Shown here: positions 47,267-56,073 of the stretch, piece after piece | Layout of the letters: the number at the start of each line of letters is the position of its first letter | Position numbering within the stretch: the first letter of the stretch is position 1 | NCBI GenBank assembly: GCA_963695855.1 | Contig: CAVOHZ010000002.1 | Coordinates: 32,001 to 96,000, forward strand | Direction of reading: 5' to 3' | From: an uncultured Nitrososphaerales archaeon | Lineage (GTDB): Archaea; Thermoproteota; Nitrososphaeria; Nitrososphaerales; Nitrososphaeraceae | DNA: 64,000 nt | Made by a program: the position numbers and the translations under genes | Notes under the pieces: model-generated | What the model saw: only the letters and a program-made list of their open reading frames with translations | Told to the model about the DNA's origin: nothing | Databases searched by the model: none

Positions 47267-49558
47267 ATGAAAATGCAAATAAAAAACAAATTAAAAGATT
47301 TGGCAGAGACAATTAATCAATCTGACAATAACAATAAGAAGAATGGAAATAATAAAACATTTTTTAATAAACTAGCTAATACTATGAACAAAGCAATATT
47401 AGTAGATTCCATAAAGAAACTTAATCCTAAATACCTTGCAATAAATAATCCAGTAATGTTTACTGTAGAATTAGGTTTTTTTATAGTATTATTTATTGCA
47501 ATATTTCCTAACATTTCAGAAACATTTGTTAACCAAAACCAAATATTTTATATCGAATCTGCAATAATACTGATACTTACTGTATGGTTTGCAACATTTT
47601 CTGAATCTTTATCAGAATCTCAAGCAAAGGCAAGAGTTGATTCTCTTAGAAGTTTGGAAAAAGAAGTAACTGCCCACAAATTAGTCCATGGAAAAGAGAG
47701 TCGCGTTACATCATCAAGTTTAAAACCAGGTGATGAAGTTCGAGTATATGCTGGCGAAATTATACCTAGAGATGGATTAGTTATTGAAGGTAAAACATTT
47801 GTTGATGAGTCAATGATGACAGGAGAGAGTAATCCAATATTCAAAGAAAAAGATGACCATGTAATAGGTGGAACAAGGGTTACATCAGACAACATAGTAG
47901 TAGAAATAACTGCTGAGGCTGGAAGAAGTTTTCTTGACGAGATGGTCGGTATGATAAAGAATGCAACAAGACCAAAGACTCAAAATGAGATTGCTCTAAC
48001 AATCTTGTTAGCAGGATTATCACTTATCTTCATAACAATAATAGGAACATTACTATTTTTAGGTCATTTTCTAGGGTACAAAACAGACATTGCATCTTTA
48101 GTTGCACTTTTAGTTGCTCTAATGCCTACTACCATTGGAGCTTTACTTCCTGCTATTGGTGTTGCTGGTATTACAAGAATAGGAAGAGATAACATCATAG
48201 CAAAATCCGGAAAAGGAATTGAAGCTGCTGGTGATTGTGACGTACTGATACTAGATAAAACAGGGACCATTACAGAGGGCAGTAGAAGAGCAATTTCTTT
48301 TATACCAATGCAGGAATATACAGAAGAAGATATAGGACAGATAGCATTTGCAGCATCTATTCATGATACAACTCATGAAGGAAAATCGATAGTTGATTTA
48401 GCTGAAGAAAAAAAGTATTTGCCTCCTTTGCTAGAACAAATAATAACTGCAAAACCAATAGATTTCTCTGCTGAAACAAGAGTAAGTGGACTTGAATTTA
48501 TTTTACATAAACAAAGAATTAATTTGAATAAAGAACAAGAAGAAGAATTTAGAGATATAGCAAAAACAGTACAAGATAAAACTCGTATACAGGATTCTTT
48601 ATCAGTAGACACGATAGAAAAAGCTATTGATGAATCAAGCAAAAGCAAAATACACGATATACTATTGCATTTAACACAATCAGGTAAACCAATTAGAATC
48701 CTAAAAGGAGCTGTGAATGTCCTCTTAGAAAGAGCTAATCTACAAACTAATAAAGCCGAAATCAAGTGGAAGGCCCAGGAGATATCCAAACAAGGTGCTA
48801 CACCTATAGCAGTATCACTCAACGATGAAATAATAGGTTTAATAGTTCTAAAAGATAATCTAAAAGAAAACATCAGAGAAAACCTTGCAGAAGTTCATGC
48901 TACAGGTATAAGTACAATTATGATTACAGGTGACAACAGACTAACAGCTGAAGTAATTGCTAAAGAAGCAAACGTTAATGAGGTAATGGCAGAAGCAAAA
49001 CCTACTGATAAATTAACGAGAGTAATAGAAGAGCAACAAAAAGGACATATAATAGGTATGGTAGGTGATGGAGCAAATGACGCACCTGCGCTTGCAAAAG
49101 CAGATATTGGGTTGGCAATGAATAGTGGAACTGCTGCTGCTAAGGAAGCAGCCAACATGGTTGACCTGGATTCAGACCCATCAAATATACTAAAAGTTGT
49201 AAAACTTGGAAAGCAATTGCTGATGACCAGAGGAGTTATAACTACATTTAGTATAGCCAATGATGTTGCTAAATATTTTGCAATATTACCAGCAATGTTT
49301 ATGGAAAATAATCCTACAATAGCCGCACTCAATATAATGCAATTACACAGTCCTCAAACTGCAATACTATCGACTTTAATATTTAATGCCATTATCATAC
49401 CAGGACTTATTCCTATTTCATTAAAAGGAATCAAATTCAAGGCAGAATCACTAGAAAAAATATTTGTAAAGAATCTCGTTGTATATGGAATAGGTGGAGC
49501 AGTATTGCCTTTTGTTGGAATTAAGGTAATCGATATTCTGCTATCTCTTTTTATTTAA
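47267..49558 (+). CDS. kdpB: K+-transporting P-type ATPase subunit B
   Basis: NPVMF, TGES, PTTIG, DKTGT, GDGANDAPALA, SIANDVAKYF; ATG 47267 after SD AGGTGA. Confidence 0.97.
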   Translation: MKMQIKNKLKDLAETINQSDNNNKKNGNNKTFFNKLANTMNKAILVDSIKKLNPKYLAINNPVMFTVELGFFIVLFIAIFPNISETFVNQNQIFYIESAIILILTVWFATFSESLSESQAKARVDSLRSLEKEVTAHKLVHGKESRVTSSSLKPGDEVRVYAGEIIPRDGLVIEGKTFVDESMMTGESNPIFKEKDDHVIGGTRVTSDNIVVEITAEAGRSFLDEMVGMIKNATRPKTQNEIALTILLAGLSLIFITIIGTLLFLGHFLGYKTDIASLVALLVALMPTTIGALLPAIGVAGITRIGRDNIIAKSGKGIEAAGDCDVLILDKTGTITEGSRRAISFIPMQEYTEEDIGQIAFAASIHDTTHEGKSIVDLAEEKKYLPPLLEQIITAKPIDFSAETRVSGLEFILHKQRINLNKEQEEEFRDIAKTVQDKTRIQDSLSVDTIEKAIDESSKSKIHDILLHLTQSGKPIRILKGAVNVLLERANLQTNKAEIKWKAQEISKQGATPIAVSLNDEIIGLIVLKDNLKENIRENLAEVHATGISTIMITGDNRLTAEVIAKEANVNEVMAEAKPTDKLTRVIEEQQKGHIIGMVGDGANDAPALAKADIGLAMNSGTAAAKEAANMVDLDSDPSNILKVVKLGKQLLMTRGVITTFSIANDVAKYFAILPAMFMENNPTIAALNIMQLHSPQTAILSTLIFNAIIIPGLIPISLKGIKFKAESLEKIFVKNLVVYGIGGAVLPFVGIKVIDILLSLFI

Positions 49559-49583
49559 TAATGGAGGAGATTGAGAAAAATAA

Positions 49584-50120
49584 ATGATAAATAATAATAA
49601 CAATAATAACAATAATAATAAAACACGAATTAGAAATTTCCTTTCAAATAATTTACCTCCATCAATTAGAATAGTCATACTGATGATGCTTGTAACAGGA
49701 ATTGCATATCCTATTTCACTTGTATTTATTGGAGAAATAGCTCTGCCATATCAATCCCATGGAAGTCAAATCATTTGGAATGACAAAGTTATAGGCTCTG
49801 AACTCATAGCTCAAGAATTTACGTCCCCAAAGTTCTTTCATAGTAGGCCAGCAACTGATTCAGCTTCTACAGTAGACCCACATATAACACCTGAATCTGC
49901 ATATCAACAAATATCAAATGTAAGTAAAGCTACAAGCATTCCAGAAAATGCATTGAAAACTATAATTGACCTTAATATAGAAAGAAATAAGGTAAGTAAT
50001 TTAATCGTGTTCGCTCCAAATTATGTGAATGTACTGGAAGTAAATTTAGAATTGGTAAAACAGTATCCTGAAAGCTATTACACAAAAACAGAATTAGAAC
50101 AAAATACATTTATGTCCTAG
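49584..50120 (+). CDS. kdpC: K+-transporting ATPase subunit C
   Basis: TGIAYP, Q.HGS, GSELIAQEF..PKFFHSRP, DPHIT, VNVLEVN. Confidence 0.93.
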   Translation: MINNNNNNNNNNKTRIRNFLSNNLPPSIRIVILMMLVTGIAYPISLVFIGEIALPYQSHGSQIIWNDKVIGSELIAQEFTSPKFFHSRPATDSASTVDPHITPESAYQQISNVSKATSIPENALKTIIDLNIERNKVSNLIVFAPNYVNVLEVNLELVKQYPESYYTKTELEQNTFMS

Positions 50121-50132
50121 GTGGTGATATAG

Positions 50133-50219
50133 TTGGAAGTAATAGTCTATACTTTTATTTCATTTCTTGTAATATCTTCAATATTCTTATGTTATAGCTT
50201 TATTGAGGCAAAAAAATAA
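50133..50219 (+). CDS. KdpF-like single-TM microprotein (28 aa; absent from ORF track)
   Basis: TTG-start MEVIVYTFISFLVISSIFLCYSFIEAKK, SD GGTGGTGA directly after the kdpC stop. Confidence 0.55.
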   Translation: MEVIVYTFISFLVISSIFLCYSFIEAKK

Positions 50220-50240
50220 ATACAAATATTACATGTAATT

Positions 50241-50302
50241 ACCAGGATTTAAATTTCCATATGGAAATTGACATATCTTGTATTTAGCTTTTTATTAGGA
50301 AA
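50241..50302 (-). repeat. Degenerate direct repeat right of the kdp locus
   Basis: ACCAGGATTTAAATTT...TATTTAGCTTTTTATTAGGAAA matches 42940-43004. Confidence 0.65.
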
Positions 50303-50361
50303 CCATAAGTCTTCTCAGGACCTGTGTCATTGATTTCAGCTTTAATCTTGAATTGTTATGA

Positions 50362-50481
50362 GTTCAACAGACACTTGATTCATCAATAACAATCACTCCC
50401 TTAGAATCTACAATTAATAACGGCAATAATACAACAACAGTAAGAGAACAGACAACAACGATAGGACCTGTTGCCTCTTTA
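50362..50481 (+). pseudogene. Internal fragment of a third kdpA
   Basis: QTLDSSITITPLESTINNGNNTTTVREQTTTIGPVASL, homologous to the kdpA loop before pore 2. Confidence 0.8.
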
Positions 50482-50574
50482 TAATAAATTTTTAAGCATA
50501 TTGGTGAAGTAAATGCAAGACAGATAAAAAAAGTAAATTTACAATTAAAAAGATGATTATATAGGACAGCTTGT

Positions 50575-51696
50575 TTACATACCACCGCCACCGTTCATTG
50601 ACATACCACCACCACCGTTCATTGACATATTCATTGAATTAGAACCCATCATAGAACCAGTATTGGTAGCATTTTTAGAGGGAGAAAGAGTGAATGTCAT
50701 TTCGTTTTTCACATTTTGATTATTTTTACTAATACTAGTACCATCATCATTCTGTACTATTTTCTGAGCAATATTCAGAATATCAGGTTTTGTTAACATG
50801 ACATGAACTATGTCTTTAGAGGAATTTGTTCTATCTACCATTATTGATTTAGGAGACAAATCAATATTATTGATAGTACCTGTATATCCGTTGGCAGCTA
50901 AAGGACTAGGATTTGGAATGGATAATTCCTCGTGAACATACACAGTCACTTTTTTTAACCTGTCAAGATTCCAATCAAAAGGCATTGCAAATTTTAATTC
51001 ATTATTAGGAGAATCATAGTTGAAATTATTTAATTCGTCATAATATGAAATTGCTTGTATTGGATAAGATGTTCCGTTAATTTCAATATTCTTATCTATT
51101 GAATAACCTACACTAAGCCAGCCTTCATACACAGGCTGTTTATCTGTTGGAAGCATGGTTGTGTCAAAATCAAGTGTTACTATAGTGACAATAAAGTGAT
51201 ATAGTCCTCCCTCGGCAAATATTGGACCTGTTGCAGATACAAGATGTTCCATATCGCCAGTATAAGCTCCCATAATAGGGTCTTGTTCCCCATATATTAT
51301 AATGTGATCAGCACTAGAAGGTTTCATCTGTATTCCTAGATTGCCTGTATGAGAATGAAAAGTATCTAATAATAGACGCTTTCCACTTTTTTCAATCTCT
51401 ATTAGATATGTTACATGGTTTATACTTTTATTAGTAGCTTTATCATCTAGTTTGAATTGAATTAAAGGATTTTGACCACCTTTTAAAGTCTCTGTTGTAA
51501 CTACAGGAGGCCACATCTTTATCAATAGTGAAAGGTCCCTTCCAGCCACGGATGCTGATAATTCTTCCATAAACAAACCATCTCCAAATATGGGAATAGA
51601 TGGAAATGAGATAGTAACAAATAGCAGAGGAAGAATAGCAAATAAAATAGAGATTATAAATCTATTAGTTTTCATAATGGTAGTAATAATAATCAT
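50575..51696 (-). CDS. Secreted protein with Met/Gly-rich C-terminal tail
   Basis: Signal peptide, DGLF.E.L, HSHTG, SYYD...F.MPFDW, HEE; tail GSMMGSNSMNMSMNGGGGMSMNGGGGM. Confidence 0.8.
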   Translation of the reverse strand: MIIITTIMKTNRFIISILFAILPLLFVTISFPSIPIFGDGLFMEELSASVAGRDLSLLIKMWPPVVTTETLKGGQNPLIQFKLDDKATNKSINHVTYLIEIEKSGKRLLLDTFHSHTGNLGIQMKPSSADHIIIYGEQDPIMGAYTGDMEHLVSATGPIFAEGGLYHFIVTIVTLDFDTTMLPTDKQPVYEGWLSVGYSIDKNIEINGTSYPIQAISYYDELNNFNYDSPNNELKFAMPFDWNLDRLKKVTVYVHEELSIPNPSPLAANGYTGTINNIDLSPKSIMVDRTNSSKDIVHVMLTKPDILNIAQKIVQNDDGTSISKNNQNVKNEMTFTLSPSKNATNTGSMMGSNSMNMSMNGGGGMSMNGGGGM

Positions 51697-52380
51697 TTAT
51701 AGTATTATAATATTATTGTTATAGAACCTTGTCAAATCTTCGGTTTATCTATATTTGATACTTGAAATAAAGGTGTCAAAAGTAGATTGATATTATTTAT
51801 TACAAATGCAAACAGTTGAAGCTGGGCCATAATTCGGTTAGTAAAAGCTCAATAAATAATAAATAAAAAGTTTTTTCTAATTCTGTCTTTATAAGTTTAT
51901 TCTAATTCTGTCTTTATGTATGATAATTGCAGGATTGTAGTACTAAGCAAACAAGAAAAGAGACAGAACAAAAAAACATCATTGTATAACCAGTTTCAGA
52001 CTATTGCTATCAAATGAGTTCTATTATTAGAAAATTAAATCCATAGGCCAAAGATATAAAATTGAAAATAGATAGATTTACTGAAACATTTTTGAATGAG
52101 CTATTACCTCTGGTATTTCTATTGTCATGTATTCCTTACATTTTTGGTTGTCCGGAGTAATTTATAAAAAACCAACAAATTTTTTGGCTTGAGTATAAAG
52201 TACATCTAAACCTAATACGTCTTCTTTTATAAGACCATTTATTCTAGTAAGCCTAAACTTTCATCTTCATTATCGTGTCATTGTATGTTAATTCAAATAA
52301 CCTTTATTTGTCTGAACATACAAAAAATATATGTTATTTTATTTTGTAGTTGAAAGATTCTAAAAGCAGAAGATATAGCT

Positions 52381-53277
52381 TCACGCTATCTTTCTCTTTT
52401 TCTTAGGAGCATTAGCTTGACCAAGGTAATCACTTAGAGACTTAATCATGGGACCCATCTTATAGACGTCAGGCATAACATCTATATGAACATAGTTCTC
52501 TTCTAGTGCTTTCATTGTAGAAGGTCCAACTGCAACTACTATGACTTCCTTGTTAAGGTAGTATTGCAATGGTTCTTTTAGGTAATAGGCTTCAGCTATC
52601 TTGAATAGGTCACGGACTGCTGGTGGACTCGTAAATGTTATTACATCTACAAGTCCCTTGCCGATATCTTCTACGAGTTTGACCACCTTTGCTTCATCAG
52701 GAGGAATATACTTGAAACCCATCATTTCAAGAATTCGGGCCCCGCTCTCCGTAAGCTCAAGTGAATATCTGTATGTCGAGGCCTCAAAGACTCGGGCCCC
52801 AACTGTATGAAGCTCATTCTTTAGGAGAGGAGAGTATGACCCATGCCAGAGGATAGCGACATTTCTACCAGTCATGCTGAAACTCTTGAGCAGTTTAACT
52901 ATTCCTTCAGCTGTATTCTCCTCCGGTATGATGTCTGTCTTGACTCCATGGTTTGCCAAGGCGATCTTGGGTTTCAAACTTCTAGCGATGACGGTTGTGT
53001 GCTGCAAAGCTTCGGCAAACTTCTTTTCTATTCCTAGGTTTTTAGCCGTAGACATAAGAGAGTATACACCTGGACCAGTCATGAAGACCACATAGTCAAT
53101 TCTCTCTTCTAATATCTTGTTTATGAAGAACTCAGCTTCCTTAGATATGTCCTCTCTTGCCTCTATGCCCACTGTTGGTGCGAGATAAGGTCTACCACCG
53201 AAGCTGGTTATCAAATGGGCTAGCTCTGAAGCTCTACGACTTCCTGTTATGACAACTGTCAAACCTGCAAGTGACAT
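52381..53277 (-). CDS. hemD: Uroporphyrinogen-III synthase
   Basis: VVITGSRRA.EL, FMTGPG, YRY, ITFTSPPAV, AVGPST. Confidence 0.88.
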   Translation of the reverse strand: MSLAGLTVVITGSRRASELAHLITSFGGRPYLAPTVGIEAREDISKEAEFFINKILEERIDYVVFMTGPGVYSLMSTAKNLGIEKKFAEALQHTTVIARSLKPKIALANHGVKTDIIPEENTAEGIVKLLKSFSMTGRNVAILWHGSYSPLLKNELHTVGARVFEASTYRYSLELTESGARILEMMGFKYIPPDEAKVVKLVEDIGKGLVDVITFTSPPAVRDLFKIAEAYYLKEPLQYYLNKEVIVVAVGPSTMKALEENYVHIDVMPDVYKMGPMIKSLSDYLGQANAPKKKRKIA

Positions 53278-53279
53278 AA

Positions 53280-53462
53280 TCCATCATCTTTTGTACACTC
53301 TATTGTCAAGAATGTTCTTTCTTGTAGTTTAATAGCAATATGTTCTATTACATGCAATATATAAAGTTCAGCATTAAATGCTTTTGCAAATTCTTTGGCT
53401 TTATAAAGTGCCTTATCTGAGATTTCCGTACCATCATATGGAAGTAATATTTTACTTGTCAA
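53280..53462 (-). pseudogene. Universal stress protein, N-terminal fragment
   Basis: KILLPYDGTEISDKAL..A..FAKAFNAELYILHVIE then breaks at hemD. Confidence 0.8.
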
Positions 53463-53562
53463 AACAGTTTTCTATTTACCTCCACTTTTTTCAATTATTT
53501 TATCATGTTCTCGATTTTTTCTCATATATTAAAATAACAATAAACACATAGATAAGAATAGA

Positions 53563-53578
53563 ACTTTACAAATGTAAA
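53563..53578. promoter_or_regulatory. Palindromic operator TTTACA-AA-TGTAAA upstream of the HTH-TRASH regulator
   Basis: 16-bp identity with 54340-54355; directly upstream of TATA-like ATATATAA. Confidence 0.7.
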
Positions 53579-53617
53579 TGATATATAACTACCAATATCT
53601 AAATATTATAAAGGATT

Positions 53618-54133
53618 ATGCCTTTACATCTAGATAACAACGACATAGCAATTATAAAATCACTTTTAAAAGATGGAAGAAAATCGTTTAGGCAAATATC
53701 AAGAGAAACAGGAATAACTACACCTACGGTGAAGGCAAGATTTGAAAGACTAGTCAATATAGGTTTTATTAAAGGAGTTCTTCCAGTATTTGATTTTGGT
53801 AAAGTGAATAATACAAAAGATATCATTAAAATACAAAATATTAGTAAAGACAATACAAGAAAAGAAAAAGAGGATTTTTATAAAAATGGTCACAAGAACA
53901 TATCTGAAGAGGTAGACAAAATAGAAGAAAAAATTATAAATGGACTTGCAATAAACCTTGTATGTGATTACTGTCATGGACCAGTTCTTGGCAAACCTAA
54001 AGTTTTAAAATTCGCAGACTTTGAACGCTTTTTTTGTTGCAATTCTTGTAAAATAGATTATAATGAAAAATATAAGGGAAGAATAGAATCGATAAAAAGA
54101 AGATATGAAGGTAAATCTGAAATAGAAATTTAG
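53618..54133 (+). CDS. AsnC-type HTH + TRASH metal-responsive regulator (archaeal CopR/CopT-like)
   Basis: DGRKSFRQISRETGITTPTVKAR; CDYC...FFCCNSC. Confidence 0.87.
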   Translation: MPLHLDNNDIAIIKSLLKDGRKSFRQISRETGITTPTVKARFERLVNIGFIKGVLPVFDFGKVNNTKDIIKIQNISKDNTRKEKEDFYKNGHKNISEEVDKIEEKIINGLAINLVCDYCHGPVLGKPKVLKFADFERFFCCNSCKIDYNEKYKGRIESIKRRYEGKSEIEI

Positions 54134-54160
54134 ATTCTTTTGATTATTTTTAATTTTACC

Positions 54161-54304
54161 TTAATATCCATATTTTGAAGGATTTTGTTCTAATTGTTGT
54201 TTGCATGCAGATGAGCATAGATATATTTTGTTTCCATTAATTTCTGAAGTGTATTTTGCAGTCTTCTCATCTACATTCATGTTACATACAGGGTCTTTAG
54301 CCAT
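54161..54304 (-). CDS. YHS/TRASH-domain metallochaperone (47 aa; absent from ORF track)
   Basis: MAKDPVCNMNVDEKTAKYTSEINGNKIYLCSSACKQQLEQNPSKYGY. Confidence 0.88.
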   Translation of the reverse strand: MAKDPVCNMNVDEKTAKYTSEINGNKIYLCSSACKQQLEQNPSKYGY

Positions 54305-54339
54305 ACCCTTATATGGATAACTACATATTTAACAATTTG

Positions 54340-54355
54340 ACTTTACAAATGTAAA
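54340..54355. promoter_or_regulatory. Second TTTACA-AA-TGTAAA operator upstream of the YHS gene
   Basis: Identical to 53563-53578; just upstream of the minus-strand TATA-like TTAAATAT. Confidence 0.7.
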
Positions 54356-54535
54356 AGAGTACTAAAAAATAATTTATTAACAACAGTACTAAATCCTAAT
54401 CGATGAAACCATTATCTATTCTATTTGGTCCAATATCTTTAACCTATATAAAAAACAGAATGAAGATTGGAATGAAACTAGGAGAACACAATAACAATTT
54501 CTCTACCTCTTTTGTATTTTTATTGAAAACAAATA

Positions 54536-55315
54536 TTACTGAAGAGTTTTAGGTAATTTATTAATTTCAATAAAATTTTTATCTTCTTGATGTTCCATCA
54601 TCATTGCCATAGATTCCTTTTCTACAGTGTCATTTGTTGCAGTATCATGATGCATCGTTGTTTGAACAGAATTATCAGTAGAAGATGTATCTAAACCTAC
54701 TCCACTAATTAATGTTCCAAACATTTCATTTGGACTAGAAAAATGTCCTTCAGTTTTACTAACATCAATAGCGAGTCCTAAAACTTTGTTACCCATAATA
54801 TGAATAGTTAAAGGAACACTTTTGTATTCGCTATTATTATCATCAGAAGAGATATCTGCCATTCCCATTACAACAATATCTTTGCCAGTAAGTATGACCT
54901 TATCTGAAATAAAGTTACCAATATTGTGATTATGAGAAAGGCTACCGTCTGGTTTTATCATTGTAAAATTAGCAATAAAGTCTGCTTTATCATTATTATT
55001 TTTGTTAAGATTGCTACTAGTACTACTATTGTTTATTGTCAATTCCCAAAATCCTCCCTGAATCCATGTAACAATTCCATCTTTTATTTGGTTATTTGCA
55101 AAATGTCCAAAGGCTTTTATCATTTTAGATTTATTTTGTTCTTGTAAATTATCATCAACTATTGGAGTATTTGTAGATGATGATTGTGCTAGGACATGTT
55201 TGACAGTGTTAACGCGTAATTGTATTGATAATGACTCTATTGCTATTAGAGATACAAATACAATGAAAATTATAGCATATACATACCTATGAAAATATTG
55301 AGGGGAATCAGTCAA
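54536..55315 (-). CDS. Secreted hypothetical protein with His/Met-rich tail
   Basis: N-terminal TM, GFWEL...FIANFTMIKPDGSLSHNH.I.NF; tail TMHH...SMAMMMEH. Confidence 0.75.
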   Translation of the reverse strand: MTDSPQYFHRYVYAIIFIVFVSLIAIESLSIQLRVNTVKHVLAQSSSTNTPIVDDNLQEQNKSKMIKAFGHFANNQIKDGIVTWIQGGFWELTINNSSTSSNLNKNNNDKADFIANFTMIKPDGSLSHNHNIGNFISDKVILTGKDIVVMGMADISSDDNNSEYKSVPLTIHIMGNKVLGLAIDVSKTEGHFSSPNEMFGTLISGVGLDTSSTDNSVQTTMHHDTATNDTVEKESMAMMMEHQEDKNFIEINKLPKTLQ

Positions 55316-55392
55316 TAACTACTATTTTTTATTGACATATTATAAATTCTTATTCTTCACATACATGAAATATAACAATAATATAATTTATC

Positions 55393-55996
55393 GTGAATAA
55401 AATATGGAATATGGTTTATTCTAATGATTTCTCCTTTTTTGGTGATGAACCAAGTAAATTTGCTTTAATGTGTTATGAAGATTTTGTCAAGCATAAAGTT
55501 AAAAAAATATTGGAGTTGGGATGCGGTCAAGGTAGAGACTCTATATTTTTTGCTTCAGAAGGATTAGAGGTCTCTGCTATTGATTCATCCAAAGTAGCAA
55601 TAGAAAATTTAACTGCAAAAACAAAAGAATCAAGTCTTAATGCATATTTAAACAATATTAACGCAGTGGAAGGACTGCCTTTTCACAATAACCATTTTGA
55701 TGCAATTTATTCGCATATGTTTTATAATATGGATTTTTCCGATGATGAATTAAAATTCATATTTAGTGAGAGTTCTTAAGAATAAAGGGCTATTATCATT
55801 CTCTGTTAGAAGTGACAGAGATATCATGTATGCAAAAGGAACAAAAGTAGTGAATAATATTTACGATATTGATGGTTTTCATATTCAATTTTTTACAGAG
55901 AAAGATATAAAATTTTTTGTAAATGATAATTTTGAAATTGACAAGATAATTGAAGTGTATGAAGAACCTGCAAGTTTATACTTTTTTTTATTGTAA
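55393..55996 (+). pseudogene. Class I SAM methyltransferase, frameshifted
   Basis: LELGCGQGRD...FDAIYSH in one frame, RVLKNKG in another near 55770. Confidence 0.8.
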
Positions 55997-56073
55997 TAAT
56001 TAAATTTTATATTCTCAAAATCTTATATTTGTAAACAAAATAGCCTATCTATGTCAATACGGTTTATAAGTTA

